DNA from: the human T2T-CHM13v2.0 reference genome, Homo sapiens | Reading direction: 5' to 3' (one strand) | Assembly (NCBI RefSeq): GCF_009914755.1 | Contig: NC_060936.1 | Length of the DNA stretch: 64,000 bases | Shown: in pieces, positions 49,252 through 63,000 of the stretch | Position numbering within the stretch: the stretch's first letter is position 1 | How the letters are laid out: every line of letters starts with the position of its first letter | The notes under the pieces: model-generated | Database searches by the model: none | What the model saw: only the letters and a program-made list of their open reading frames with translations | Told to the model about the DNA's origin: nothing | Translations under genes and position numbers: made by a program

Positions 49252-49495
49252 CTTGTCTAAATAAATGTGGAATTAATCTAATCTTAGAGTAGTTTTTGTG
49301 TTTGTTCTTACCCTATCATTTTATAACCTACCTGAAATGCTACATCCCTTCATCACGTCCCCCAAGTCTAGTCAGCCACCAAGTGTTTTAGCTTTCTTCA
49401 TCTTTTCTGTTGTAGATCCAATCCTCATGACATCCTTCTTGGACTATGGTAATGGTCTAACTTCTCTCTCTACCTCCTACCTTAACCTACTCTTA

Positions 49496-49839
<344 letters not shown>

Positions 49840-49928
49840 CTAAATTTAATCAAATCTCTTCTTGCTTAAACCTTCTTAATGGCTCTCAGAGCCTACAGAA
49901 AAAAAAAACTCAAAGTCATTTTGCATAA

Positions 49929-50311
49929 TGTCCTAGTAAGCTCTGGTTGCTGTAACAAGATATAGATTGGATATAGGTATAGATTAGATAGTTTAAACAA
50001 CAAAAAAACATTTTTCACAGCACTGGAGTCTAGAAGTCCGAGATCCAGGGGCCAGTAGATCTAGTGTCTGTGAAGGATCTCTCCCTAGTTTGCAGATGGC
50101 TGTCTTCTTGTAATATTCTCATGTGATGGAGATCAGAAAAAGAAGCAAGCTTTCAAGTGTTTCTTCTTTTAAGGACGCTAATCCCTATCATAAAGGCTCT
50201 GCTGTCATGACACAATTACTTCCCAAAGGCCCTACTTCCTAATACCATTACATCAAGGGTTAGGATTTTAACATATGAATTTGAGAGAACACAAACACTC
50301 AGTCCATAACA
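49929..50311 (-). mobile_element. MaLR solo LTR (MLT1A-like)
   Basis: tgtcctagt ... cactcagtccataaca; TSD cataa / catga. Confidence 0.85.
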
Positions 50312-50571
50312 CATGACATACAGAACGTTTTATAATATGACCCCCAACTTACCTTTCAAGTATTTTACCTCTTGTATAATACTGCTGGAGTTTTAGAAAA
50401 TTAGTAATAGTTATTCAAAAAACTAAGCAAGCACACGAGAACAATAACCTAAACAAAGCAATTATTAACTGTAGGGGAAACAAAAAGTCACAAAGAAAGG
50501 AGATGTAATCATATTACTTGGATGTAATCAGATTGCTTGACACAGGTATGAAAAATCTTTATAAAAACCAT

Positions 50572-51538
50572 TGTGCAGGAAAAAAAGTCAGCATAGCAGG
50601 CCTGACTGCTATGCTTTAAAAGCTTTGCTTACAAGGTTAACTCTTCTGCCCTTGGCTGTCATCATTTCAGGATAAGTGATTTACTGTGCCTAAACTGTCT
50701 GTGCAAACAATATGGCTTGTGCTGAGCACCTGCTTTTCTTTTAGCAGTCTAGAATTTTGTATATGACAAACAGAGAATGCCCAGGTGACAAGCCTTCAAT
50801 TAAAAAAAAATAAAAACTATGGGCACTGATTCTCTGCTGAGCTTCCCTGTGTGACAATATGTCTCACTTTTTGTCACAACTTGAGGAATTATGTGTGTAC
50901 TGTGTGACTCCACTAAGAGAAGACTCTGGGAGCTTGCTCCTATCTCCTGTGGACTTCACCCATATCCCTTTTACTGTTGCTGATCTTATTCTGTATCCTT
51001 TTGCTGTTAAAAAAAAAAAAAAAAATCTTAGCCATGATGATACCAATTGAATGTATCCCCCAAGGTTCATGTGTTAGAAACTTAATCCCTATTGTGACAG
51101 TGTTTCAAGGTAAGACCTTGAAGAGGTAATTAGATCATGAGGACTCTGCCCTCATAAATGTATTAATGACATTATCTGAAGAGTCAGTTTGTTATCTTAG
51201 GAGTAGGTTTTTTATAAAGTATGTGTTCTTCCCCTCTTACGTGCACTCTTTCTCCCGCTCTCTCACTCTCTCTCACAAGCTCTCTTGTCCTTCCACCTTC
51301 TGCCATGGGATGACACAGCATGAAGACCCTCAGAAGATGCCAGCCCTTTGATCCTGGACTTTCCAATCTCCAGAATCATAAGCCAATAAATTTCTGCTCA
51401 TTACTAATTACCTAGTCTTCTATATTTTGTTATAGAAACACAAAACAGACTAAGACACATAAGTACAACTATATACTGAGTCCTGTGAATTCTAATGAAT
51501 CATCAAACCTAGACGTGATGTTGGGGACCATCAACACA
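50572..51538 (+). mobile_element. MER68-like ERVL LTR, interrupted by an MST LTR, within an old L1M fragment (~50380-51870)
   Basis: tgtgcaggaaaaaaagtcagcatagcaggcctgactgctat ... gttggggaccatcaacaca. Confidence 0.75.
51038..51457 (+). mobile_element. MaLR solo LTR (MSTB/D-like)
   Basis: ttgaatgtatcccccaaggttcatgtgttagaaacttaatccc ... aacagactaagaca; TSD catga / cataa. Confidence 0.85.
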
Positions 51539-52489
51539 ATAATACTGCAAACACTGATTATGTTGGGGACCCTCAACACAATAATACAATAAACATTGAT
51601 TATTGATTTAACAAAATAATGATATTATCTAAACTTGATAAATGAAGAAATATAAGCATATTGCCTATTAATAAAAATGTAAATCACAGAAAAAATAACT
51701 AGAAGTAGAAAGAGGTTTCCTCTGAGCAGTGGACTTGAGATAGGAAATGGTAGATCCAGAGATGGCTGTTTTTTGTAGGTTTGTAGTCATTTTAAAACCA
51801 TATATATAAAAACATTATATACATAAGCTATATTATATATATTTTTTATAAAAATTAAAATAAGTATAGAAATTTTTGCTAGAAAAATCTCTTTAAATTT
51901 GCGTTGCTATTATTACTAACTCTATGTGCCAGGTATTTGGCTTTTTCTGTTACATAGTCAACCGTATTTAATTTTTTCACTCCCTCTCTCTCACTCTGAC
52001 AGATACACAAACTTAATACTCTACATAGGTTATATCACTTAATCTTCACAATATAAGAATTCTTATTTAGATGAGTTTCCAGATAGCTGATGATGAAAAT
52101 AGTCCCCTAAATCCAAATCTTCCTAAATTTCCTCCAAAAGCAATATGAAATAAAAACAAATAAAACTATTCAAAACCCACACCTTCAGCAAATAGAAGAT
52201 AGAAAATGCCCAAACCTCAAATTACCTATACATAGAAAAAGCAACACCAAATCCCAAGGAATTATCTCTCAACCTCCTGCAAGTCCTAGTAGAGAGCAAG
52301 AGCTGACTAGAAAAAGTGCACAGAAAAGTGGAACTGGCAGAAAGCCTAAGACTGATGTAACTCACCTCCAGAAAGAGCAAATCTACTCTAAGGGCATCAA
52401 TCCTGAAAGATATCTGGAAGCTCAGAGCAGTGGTCACAGGGAGGGACATTAAGAGTGTGTGCCATTCTAGGTGGCAGTGCTCAAAAGAT

Positions 52490-53775
52490 ATCACTTACAG
52501 TGGAGAAAAAGCAAATTTGAGTAAATAAATAAGTAGAATGCAAATAAAGGAAGCCAGGTTTCTCACTGTCCAAAAAAGGAGGTACAAATCCAAAATGAAC
52601 CTTGCGGCATTGGACTGGAATTGGAGGTACTATGACTTTGCATATACGTGGATAGAAAGATATAGAAAATGATATGGAAGTGTGTGTGTGTGTATATATA
52701 CATATACACACACATATATGTACGTGTGTGTATATATATATCAGTCTATGTATATATAATCATATATATATATATCATCAGTGTGTATATATATAAATAT
52801 ACTTTTGCACCAGAAAGTAAGAAAATGCTTAAAGAATGACAGCAACATGCCAAAACAACACAGGACTCAGACTGAGAAGACATCACTGGCCAAATCTGAG
52901 AATAATTTGAGCAAAAATAAATAATGACATAATAATGGTTATAATGGAAAAGATCTGCCTTGCATTAGAATGCAAATAATAAATCTGGAAAGAATAATAG
53001 AAGTTATAAAATCAACATGTGGCAACCATCAGAGTAATAATTGATTGCCACAGATTGTCAATGGATGCTAAAACTTGTGAAAGCTTGATGAGAATAGGAT
53101 ATTTTGGTAAATGTTCTCAAAGTATCTCCCCACAAGACAATTATTGCAAAGGAAAAAAGTGGTAGTTTCATAGTGGAGAAACCTGGCAGATACCATCTTG
53201 ATACATCAGAGTTATCAACAGTTGTGGGAAAAACTGACTTATATGGAAGGGCTAAAAAGAATTTAATGCAAAAATGCATAACCTCAAAAACATCAGAAAA
53301 AGCCAAATTGGGAGGTATTCTATAAAATAAGTGGTCAATTCTCTTCAGAATGTCAAGGTCATAAAAGCAAATAATTCCTAAGAAATTGTCATAGATTAAA
53401 AATCACTAAAGCTAGCAGGTGATCCTCAACATTATTGGGGCAATTGACAACATTTAATTAGATAATAGTATTACATCAATGTTAATTTCCTAATTTTGAT
53501 AACTCTTCTGTGGTTATATACCAAAAAAAAGTGTATTTATCAGAAATACACACTAACATACTTAGGGGTAAAGAAAATTCTGTAATTTACTTTCAAATGG
53601 TTTGAAAAATATATAAACACAGATGCAGAGAGACTGAGAGAATGACAAAGTAAATGTAAGTATTATTAACAACTGGAACATATGGGGTGCAGTACACAAG
53701 GATTCTTTGCACCATTCTTGCAACTTTTCTATAAGTTTGAAATGATCGCAAAATTAAAACATTTTTTAAATAAAG
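52490..53775 (+). mobile_element. Old L1 (L1MC/MD-like) 3'UTR
   Basis: aaggaagccaggtttctcactgt ... tagtggagaaacctggcagataccatctt ... tcttgcaacttttctataagtttgaaa. Confidence 0.75.
52680..52800. repeat. Compound (TG)/(TA)/(CA) microsatellite
   Basis: gtgtgtgtgtgtgtatatatacatatacacacacatatatgtacgtgtgtg... Confidence 0.9.
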
Positions 53776-53949
53776 GAAAATTATTTAAAAATCTTCATTT
53801 GGCAAGAAAGAAAGCTTTAAATTAGGTTGGGTTCTGCACGTGGTTGCACAGGTAGTAGGCCAGAAAGCAAGGAGTTGAAACCAAATCTGCCCCTTGCTCT
53901 TAGCCACCACAGCATACTGCCTACTCACAGACAGCCAAGTCCACATATT

Positions 53950-54240
53950 AGAAAGTTTCATTCATATTAAATGTCCATAATAGGCAAATATATAGAGACA
54001 GAAACTAGATTAGTGGTTGCCTAAGGCTGGGAGCAAGAGAGGAAATGGGAAGATGAGAGAGTGATAACTAAAGGATGCAGGATTTCTTTTCAGAGTGATA
54101 AAAATATTCTACAATCGATTATGGTGATGGTTGCAAACTCTATGAGTATATTAAAAACCATTGAATTGTACACTTTAGGTAGATGAATTACATGGTATGT
54201 AAATTATATGCAATATGAATCACATCTTAATAAAGCTGTT
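53950..54240 (+). mobile_element. L1MB-like 3' end
   Basis: aataggcaaatatatagagacagaaactagattagtggttgcc ... aataaagctgtt. Confidence 0.8.
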
Positions 54241-54357
54241 ACCAAAACAAAACCCAAAATTTACAAACGCTGAGAACTTTGTATTTCTGAATAACATTGT
54301 GACATTCAACTCTATTTCATACACAAGTAACTTCTTCGGAACAAGAAAGAATCATGC

Positions 54358-54801
54358 TGATAAAACCAACCCAATAGTCCCATAGGCAGTTTTTTTCTTG
54401 GAAAAACATAAAAATTGACCCTTTGGGTCTTCATGTTTGAAATTTCATTTGTTTTATCTGAGTTCCTTCCTCAGGAAAGGACTCCCAGACCTCTCAAAAA
54501 GTATCAAAAAATTAAAACTCACCAGATCATCGTATCCAGACAATGAGACACCAGACCCCTCATTCATCATGATTGCTTCCTTGCCCCTCCCTAGTTCCTG
54601 TTTTCCCATACATTTCTTCCCTGCTATATAAACCCCTAATTTTAGTCAGTCAGGGAGATGGATTTGAGACTGATCTCCCAACTCCTTGGCTGGAGCACCC
54701 AATTAAAGCCTTCTTTCCTGGCTATGTTCATCGTCTCAATTATTGGTTTTCTGTGTGGTGGGCAGCAGGACCTAGGCCAAATCCCTGGTGTTTTGGTAAC
54801 A
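54358..54801 (+). mobile_element. Solo LTR (LTR47-like)
   Basis: TG..CA termini, 'tttgttttatctgagttccttcctcaggaaa', TATA-like tatataaa and attaaa signal. Family name from recall. Confidence 0.7.
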
Positions 54802-55714
54802 CTGGCACCAAAAATAACGGTGAACTGCTGCACCATTCATCATTAAAGCACAGAGCAGCCCTTGACTGAAGCTTGAGATCAACAAACCACATATAGAAGG
54901 TGACTGACAATATGTCTGCCTAGAAGGTGAGTCCCATGGCACCTGCTCAGCCTTTTGAGGATCATTCTACATAAAGCTAAAGAGGAAAGCAAGTGGACTT
55001 TGTTTCCATTACAATAAAATCCAGTAAGTGCTTGGTTGAAGAGGAGAAATTCATATTATATTCTCCTCATCAACCTTGTTCAATGTTTGATCTCCTGAAC
55101 CACTGAGATGCTAAAATCCAATTGTAGAAAAGCTTTGATTTCATTTTTGCTTTATGTATTTCTATACCATTTGAATGTTGTCAAAACAATTTGTAACATT
55201 TTGCTCTTATTCAAAGTAATTTTTTGTGTTGAAGAAGTAGGAAGATGTCTCAAACTGGGACTGCACCAGGGCCTTTTGTATGATAAGAATAACAGAATGC
55301 AGAATGTCCCAATTAACTTAAAATTATCTACTTAGAGGCTGGCTTCTTAGGAAAGGCCTGCCTTTCCTATGGATATAAAACTACTTATGGGATTATGTGA
55401 GATCTCCTATAGGCCCTTATAGCTTCCTAAAATCCTTTCTGGAAATAATAGGGCATTGCAAAATAAATCTTCAATAGCAATTGATATGACAAATAGGATA
55501 TAAGTAACTCTTATTCTACAGAAAAAAATCACAGAGACACTTGGGTTGAAGGATTCAAGCCTTCAGTGGAGTCTTTTTTGCTGTTTCTTTCTGTGTTTTT
55601 GCTGAGTACAGAAACTAGGTAGCCAAAGGCAAAAATTCCCTTCTCTGAAGGGTTCAGATACTGCTCAGATGCACCATCTCCAAAGATCATGTCCACACAG
55701 ACTAAGAACAAGTG

Positions 55715-55945
55715 CTCTCAGATTGAAACCAATCTGGATCTGAATCCTAGCTCCATTATACCTTAAAATTAAGTGTGACTTAGTCAAGTTATTTACCCTC
55801 GGTAAGATTGTCTTTCCATTTGCACAAGGGGAATAGTAATATTTACTACCTCTTCAGGATGTTTTGTAGATCAAGTAAAACATAGAACACACCTATTATA
55901 AAGCATGGCACATAGAAAGCACCCAATATGCATTAGTTATTGTTA
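55715..55945 (+). mobile_element. MIR SINE
   Basis: tgaatcctagctcc ... gtgtgacttagtcaagttatttacc ... catggcacatagaaagcacccaata. Confidence 0.7.
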
Positions 55946-56179
55946 GTCCAAGAGAAAGTTCCATCTAAAATCATATAGTGTCTCCTGCCCCCTAAAAACC
56001 TATAAGGTACCTATCATAAAAGTGTAATCTTCTGAACCTCAGTTTTCCTATTTTGCAAATGAGAATAATACCTATAGCAAAGGTAAAAATTAAATAAGAA
56101 AATACATGTGACAGTAATTTGTAAATTACATGGCTCTATTTGCCTTGTTTAATATACTAGTTTTGGCAGCAAGAAAAAA

Positions 56180-59100
56180 CTGACAAGTTACATATAAGAA
56201 ACTCTCCATTAGATTATCAGAGTTCTCAGCAGAAACCTTGCAGGCCAAAAGAGAATGGGATGATGGATTCAAAGTGCTGGAAGGAGAAAAAAAGCTAGTA
56301 ACCAAAAATACTATACTAATACTTCAGAAATGAAAAAGAAATAAAATATTTTCCATACAAGCAAAAGCTGAGGGAATTCATCACTACTAGACCAGCCTTA
56401 CAAGAAATTCTTGTGCTACAATTAGAAGGAAAAGGATAATTACTATAATAAAAACATGTGAAGGTATAAAAGTCACTAGTAGAGGTAAATTCATAATCAA
56501 ACTCAGAACACTCTAGTACTAGAATAGTATTATGGAACTCTTTCAAGCCTCTAGTATGAAGGTTAAAAGTCAAAATGTTCAAAAATAACAATAGCTACAA
56601 TCAGTCTAAAGTAACACAATAGATAAAGATGTAAATTAAGACAATAAAAATATAAACTGGGTGGGGGGCGGGGGCCTCGAGTATTTTTTGTGACCAAAGC
56701 TAAACTGTTATCACCTTAAAATAGTCTATTATAACTACAAGACTTTATGTCAACCCCACAATAATCACAAAGAAAGAAATTCCAAAAGATACACAAATTA
56801 GAAAGAGAAAGGAATCAAAGCTTAGCACCACAGAAAAGCATGAAACCAAAATGGTAAAGAGAGGAAGAAAAGGGCAAAGGATCTATGACACAACCAGAAA
56901 ACAATTAACAAAATAGGAGTAAGTTCTTACCTATCAATAATAACCTTAGTTATTTGTTTAGCTAGAGTTTAAGTCAAGTTATTTATTTAGATAGAGATTA
57001 AGTCAAAAACCATACAAAGAAAGAAAAAATTGTAAAAAAGAAACAAAGTAGTAATCTGTCATGGGAGTAGAGAAAAAAATGAAGAGATTAAAACAGTCAT
57101 TATGTAATGGTAAAGGGATTGATTCAGCAAGAGGATATTACAATCAGAAATGTATATATACCCAACACAAGAGCACCCAAATATATAAAGCAAATACTAT
57201 TAAATCTACAAAAAGAGACCAGCCACAATGCAATAATATTAAGGGACTTTAACAACCCACTTTCAACAATAGAAAGATCATCTAGACAGAAAAGAACAAA
57301 GAAGCATTGGACTTAAAGTGCACCCTAGACACAGACATTTACAAAACATTCTATCCAGCAGCTTCATAATACACAATTCTTCTCAACTGCATGTGGAACA
57401 TTCTCCAGGATAGATTATATGTCACAAAACAAGTCTTAACAAATTTAAGAAGATAGAGGTCATGTCAAGTATCTTTTCTGACCACAACGATATTAAACTA
57501 GAAATCAATAACAGGAGGAACTTCAGAAAATTTACAAATATATGGAAATTAAACAGCATGTTTTTGAATGAACAATAGATCAATGAAGAAATTAAAAGAG
57601 AAATTTAAAAAAAAATTAAGACAAACAAGAAAGCAAAGACAACATACTAAAACCTATGGGATACAAAAATAAAAGCAATTCTAAAGGGAGGTTTATAGCA
57701 ATAAACATCTACATCAAAAAGATAAGAGATTTCTGATAAATAACCTAATGTTGCACCTCGAGGAACTAGAAAACAAGAACAAACTAAATTAAAAATTGGT
57801 AGAAGGAAGAGCATAGTGAAGCTCAGAACAGGCAACACAATAAGACCCAGTCTCTACAAAAATAAAGAATTTAGCAAGGCATGGTTCTGTGCACCTGAGA
57901 TTCTAGCTACTTGGGAAGCTGAGGTGGAGAAAACCCTTGAGTCCAGGAGTTAAAATCTACAGTGAGCTATGATTGCACTGCTACACTCCCGCCTGGGTAA
58001 CAGAGTGAGACCCCCATCTCTGAAGAAGAAAAAAGAAAAAACCTGAGCAGAAATAGAGACTAGAAAAGTAATACAAAAGATCAACAAAACAAATCGTGGT
58101 GTTTTGACAATATAGAATTTAAAAGCCTTTACTTAGACTAAGAAAAAAAAGAGAGAAGACTCAAATAAATAAAATCAGAGTGAAAAAGGAGACACAACAA
58201 TTAATACATAGAAGTACAAAGGATCATGAAATAATATAATAAACTAGTATATATACCAACAAATTTGATAGCCTAAAAGAAATAGGTAAATTCGTTGACA
58301 TATACAACATACCAAGATTGACTTATGAAGAAATAGAAAATCTGAACAGACCAATAATGAGTGAAGAAATTGAACCAGTAATAAGAAATCTTACATCAAA
58401 GAAAAGACTAGGACCTGATGGCTTCATTGTTGAATTCTACTGGATATTTAAAGAGTAACAAATACCAACTCTTCTCAAACTATTCTAGAAAATCAAAGAA
58501 GAGGGAATACTTCCAAGGTCATTCTACAAGTCCTAGATTGCCCTGATATGTGTGTGTATAATATGTGTGTATGTATTTTTATAATGTGTGTATATAATAT
58601 GTGTGTAATATCACCTCAAACATTTATCATTTCTTTGTGTATAATATGTCTTATACACATATACACACACAGTATACTAATACATACACACATATTATAC
58701 ACAAACACACACACACACATACAATGGAATGCTATCTAGCCTTAAAATGAACAAAATCCTGTCATTTGCAACAACATGGATGAAACCAGAGGACACTGCA
58801 TTTGGTGAAATAAGCTGGACACAGAAAGACAAATACAGCATGTTCTCACTCACATGTGAAATATAAAAATGTTGATCTCATACAAGTAGTGAATAGAACA
58901 GTGGTTATCAGAAACTGTGGAAGGTGGGGAAAAGAAGGGTTTGAGAGAGGTTGGTCAACAGGTATAAAGTTACAACAGGGAAGGAATTTTAAGTTCTGGT
59001 GTCCTATTGCACCTCAGGTGACTACAGTCAACAAAAAGATATCGTATATCCAAAAATAGCTGCAAGAGAGGATTTTGAACATTGCCACCACAAAGACATG

Positions 59101-59228
59101 ATAAATGTTCGAGGTGATAGATCTGCTAATTACCCTGATTTGATCATTACACTATGCATACATGTATTAAAACATTACATTGTACCCCATAAAAATGTAC
59201 AATTTTGCATCAATTAAAAATTTTAAAA
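56180..59228 (+). mobile_element. L1MA-like element: ORF1 C-terminus, ORF2 endonuclease/Z region, RT deleted, 3'UTR
   Basis: ORF1 'ttctcagcagaaaccttgcaggcc'; ORF2 remnant 'MVKGLIQQEDITIRNVYIPNTRAPKYIKQ..DFNNPLS'; stops at 58547 and resumes at the ORF2 end/3'UTR ~58720. Confidence 0.9.
57831..58040 (+). mobile_element. 5'-truncated AluJ inside the L1
   Basis: ggcaacacaataagacccagtctctacaaaaa ... cagtgagctatgattgcactgc ... A-rich tail. Confidence 0.85.
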
Positions 59229-59744
59229 ATGTATGGATTTTGTCATTAGTGTTATTCATGCTATAATACTCCAAGCAGTCATTACTATTGCCATATACCC
59301 ACAAAAAAAATCCACAACCAGTTCTCAATTTTCAGCCTTAGGATTAAAGATGAAGATAGATTGCTTTTTTTCTAATAAGAGGAGAAAAAAAAAAGAAAAA
59401 GGAATGAAATAACATGTGTTACCATTAATTTTTTTAAGTGCTAATTCAGTTTGTTTTTAACTCATGGTTTGGAATAATGAGTAATAGAGAAAAAAAGTCA
59501 AATATTTACACATGCAGGCAGAATAAGAGAATAAGAGAGCTGGATCAGTTTTAAGAAGGGTTCCAAATCCTGTTAGTTTTTTGACAGGCAAAATGCAGAC
59601 ATAATATGATGAAGTATGGATAAGACCTTCAAAACAACATCATGAATCTGATCTCAATGACTGAGTTCTTGGAGACAAACACCAAAGTATACCTATGGTA
59701 CAGTAATGACCTGTCTTTAAGGCTAGAGGAAAAAAAGCCTCAAA

Positions 59745-59913
59745 CTAGAGCAAGCATCTCACATGGAAGGCTTGTTAGGAGGCAAATGGTTAGATGCCAC
59801 CATTTCAGAGTCTTTTCTTCAGCAGGTCTGAGGTGGGGCCTGAGATCTGCTTTTCTAAAAGTTCCCAGGTGATGCTGATACTGTACGTCTAGTGACCACA
59901 CTGAAAATCGCTG
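59745..59913. mobile_element. MER5A DNA transposon
   Basis: cagcaggtctgaggtggggcctgagatctgcttttctaaaagttcccaggtgatgctgat. Confidence 0.8.
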
Positions 59914-60419
59914 ACCTAGACAATATGGGTATTTCTGTAACAATGTGCAATTCTCCAAAAATGGTTGGGAGGAGAACATAGTAGTATTTTATTTCAAATA
60001 GGAACATCACTGAATGGGAAGTAAGGGGATTGAAATTATGGTCAAGAAGTGCCATGACTCCTAGAGACCTCTGTTCTGTGAACCAGTGGAAACCGGGGAC
60101 ACTTCTGACCCCACTGCCTTGCTGGCGTCTCTAGTTCAAAGCAGCTATGGGCACCCAACTGGTCCCCAAGAATGCATTGTAAGTGCAAAGGGGAGTCAAT
60201 TTGGCCTGATGGAGACACCACGATCCCAGAGAAGAGATCTGGGCACTGCTGCAAGTGGTCTGAAAGGATGTGAGTCAACTTTCAACACAGAGCTGCAAAA
60301 AAACAGCTTTTTGTTCTCTTTATTGTTCCTTAAGCAATTTCAAGTATTACCTGATTTCCAGCTGTGACTGAATTCCAGGCCGTTGAAAAGCACTATTGTT
60401 ACTGTAACTGGGCAAGGTT

Positions 60420-60650
60420 ATTAACAAGCTCCAGCATTTATTGAGAGCCTACTGTATGCTGGACACTTTACACACATCATCCTATATAATCCTTGTATCC
60501 TGTATAATCAGCCTGTAAAGTAGGAGCTACTATAATTTTCCTCATTTTCCAAATGAACAAACTGAGGTTAGGGAATTGGTCCTAAATCATAAAGCCAGTA
60601 AATAAGAGCCAGGTTTCCAACCAGAGCACATAGACTGCTCATCCTGGGCT
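60420..60650 (-). mobile_element. MIR SINE
   Basis: catttattgagagcctactgtatgc ... cattttccaaatgaacaaactgagg. Confidence 0.75.
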
Positions 60651-62015
60651 ATTTTCAGACAATACAGACACATACGAAGAATGATCTGTGAAAGGTACAT
60701 CTGTAAAACTTAATTGATCCCTAAAAACCTTTAGAAACCAAACACACTTCTATATGCATATCTTGTCACTTCCCTTGGAAAGCATGATTATTTCTTGTTG
60801 CTACTAAACAACAAACTAAAAAACGATGCAGAAAGATACAGAGATGATTCCCTGCATTCTGTCAGCTTCATAAACGGTTTTTATGTTATTTGATCAACAG
60901 GAATCCTCTTTGTCCATAAACTATGTGTTGACTTCTACCCTTGCTGTGTTGTCCTCTTCCTTCTCTAACATGAATCTTATTCTCTCTCTTAGCTATCCTA
61001 CTTCTCCAGGCTAAGGAAAGCAACATCTGAAGAAAGCACATAATTTCCATGATTAAGCACCTAGAAATCCTGCATGCCTTTGCCTTATTTACTATTCTCA
61101 ACTGCAAAGCCGACACTGTTTTCCCCATTTCATGCATAAGGAAATGAGTCTGGAGATGCGGGGTGTGGTTGTTAATATTATGCAACCAGAAACAGGCTGA
61201 GGAGCTCCTTCAGTCTATGCCCTTTGACGCCAAAGCCGTTCTCTATTCCTTTCCCCTTATCTTCCTTGCTCTTTCCACCACTTCTGTACTTTTCACACAC
61301 AGATTTCATAAAGCCTAAATAGAGAGAGGAGAGTGAAGGGTCGGCATGCAAAATATTTAAAAACGTATTGCATTCCCTGTGATATTAGGGCCACCGTTGT
61401 CATTCAGCTGAGGTCTCTGGGATCGATTCTCCTCAGATTAGCCCATGAGGAATGCGTTCTGTGTGTTTGCAACAGGATGAACTAAAGCCAGTTGGTCAGT
61501 GGTTTGTCTGCCTAAGAGTTGAGTCTGACCTGGTTGGTGCACTTGGGATGATGCAGTCTCATGCCCTCTTGTTTGAACTGTGCAATGTTACACTGCCACC
61601 CTGTGGTTCCTTCATTGTGAGTTCAGAAACAAAACTGGCTGACAAAATCCGTCTCATAAACCATCCGGGGTGAGTTTGGAACAGGGTCTGAAGGAGAAAC
61701 CAGGTTTGGGAAAGGATATGAAAGAGAGGCCTTAACTTGCCAAGGAAAACGTAGGTCATTTTTGATATAAAGTAATTGACTGGTTATGAACACAGGACTT
61801 GGAGTCAGGCTGACCAGAGTTTAAACTTACCAACTGATAGAAGGAATGAGTTCTAATGTTTGTCAGCAGAGTAGGGTGGCTATAGTTAACAATAATGTAT
61901 TGTATATTTCAAAATAGCTAGAAGACAGGATTTTAAATGTTCCTAACATATAGAAATGACAAATATTCGAGATGATGTATACCCTAAATACCCTGATCAT
62001 TTCACATTCTACACG

Positions 62016-62634
62016 TGTTTAAAAAAAATCAGCCACATTAAATTTAAAGGAGTTTAATTGTGCAATGAACAATTCATGAATCGGGCAGCCCCTAGAATCA
62101 CAGCAGATTCAGAGAGACTTCAGCACAGCCACGTGGTAGAAGAAGATTTATAGACAAAAAAAGGGAGGTGACGTACAGAAATTGGAAGTGAGGTACAGAA
62201 ACAACTGGCTTGGTTAAAGCTCAGCATTTGCCTTATTTGAACACAGTTTGAACACGCAACAGCATATGAGTGGCTGAGGCACGGCTGCTGGGATTGGCCA
62301 AGACCCAGCCACTGTTACCGGCATACACTCCCAAGTTAGGGTCTCACTCTTGTCTACCTACTGCGTTAGGTTGCAGTTCATCCACAAGGACTTAAACACA
62401 GAAGTTCAGAGTCCTTCTCAGGTCATATTTAGTTCACTTTAAAAATTCCCCCCTTTTGGTCATTTTCTCAATTTTGAGAGTGACCAAAACTTTAGTCATT
62501 GATGTCACTATTACCATTGTAAATGTACTTATTTGGTCTTGAAAGCCACTGGAAAACAGTAGAACAGTGAGTTTTGCAAAGGTAGGAACAAGGACTGAGT
62601 AGAGGGTACCTGCTTATGCTGGAACACCCTGTTT
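62016..62634 (-). mobile_element. MER57-like ERV1 3'LTR (62016-62444) plus ~190 bp of internal sequence
   Basis: LTR 'ggagtttaattgtgcaatgaacaattcatgaatcgggcagcc' followed by the PPT complement attccccccttttgg. Confidence 0.75.
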
Positions 62635-62649
62635 ATACATATAACATAA

Positions 62650-63000
<351 letters not shown>

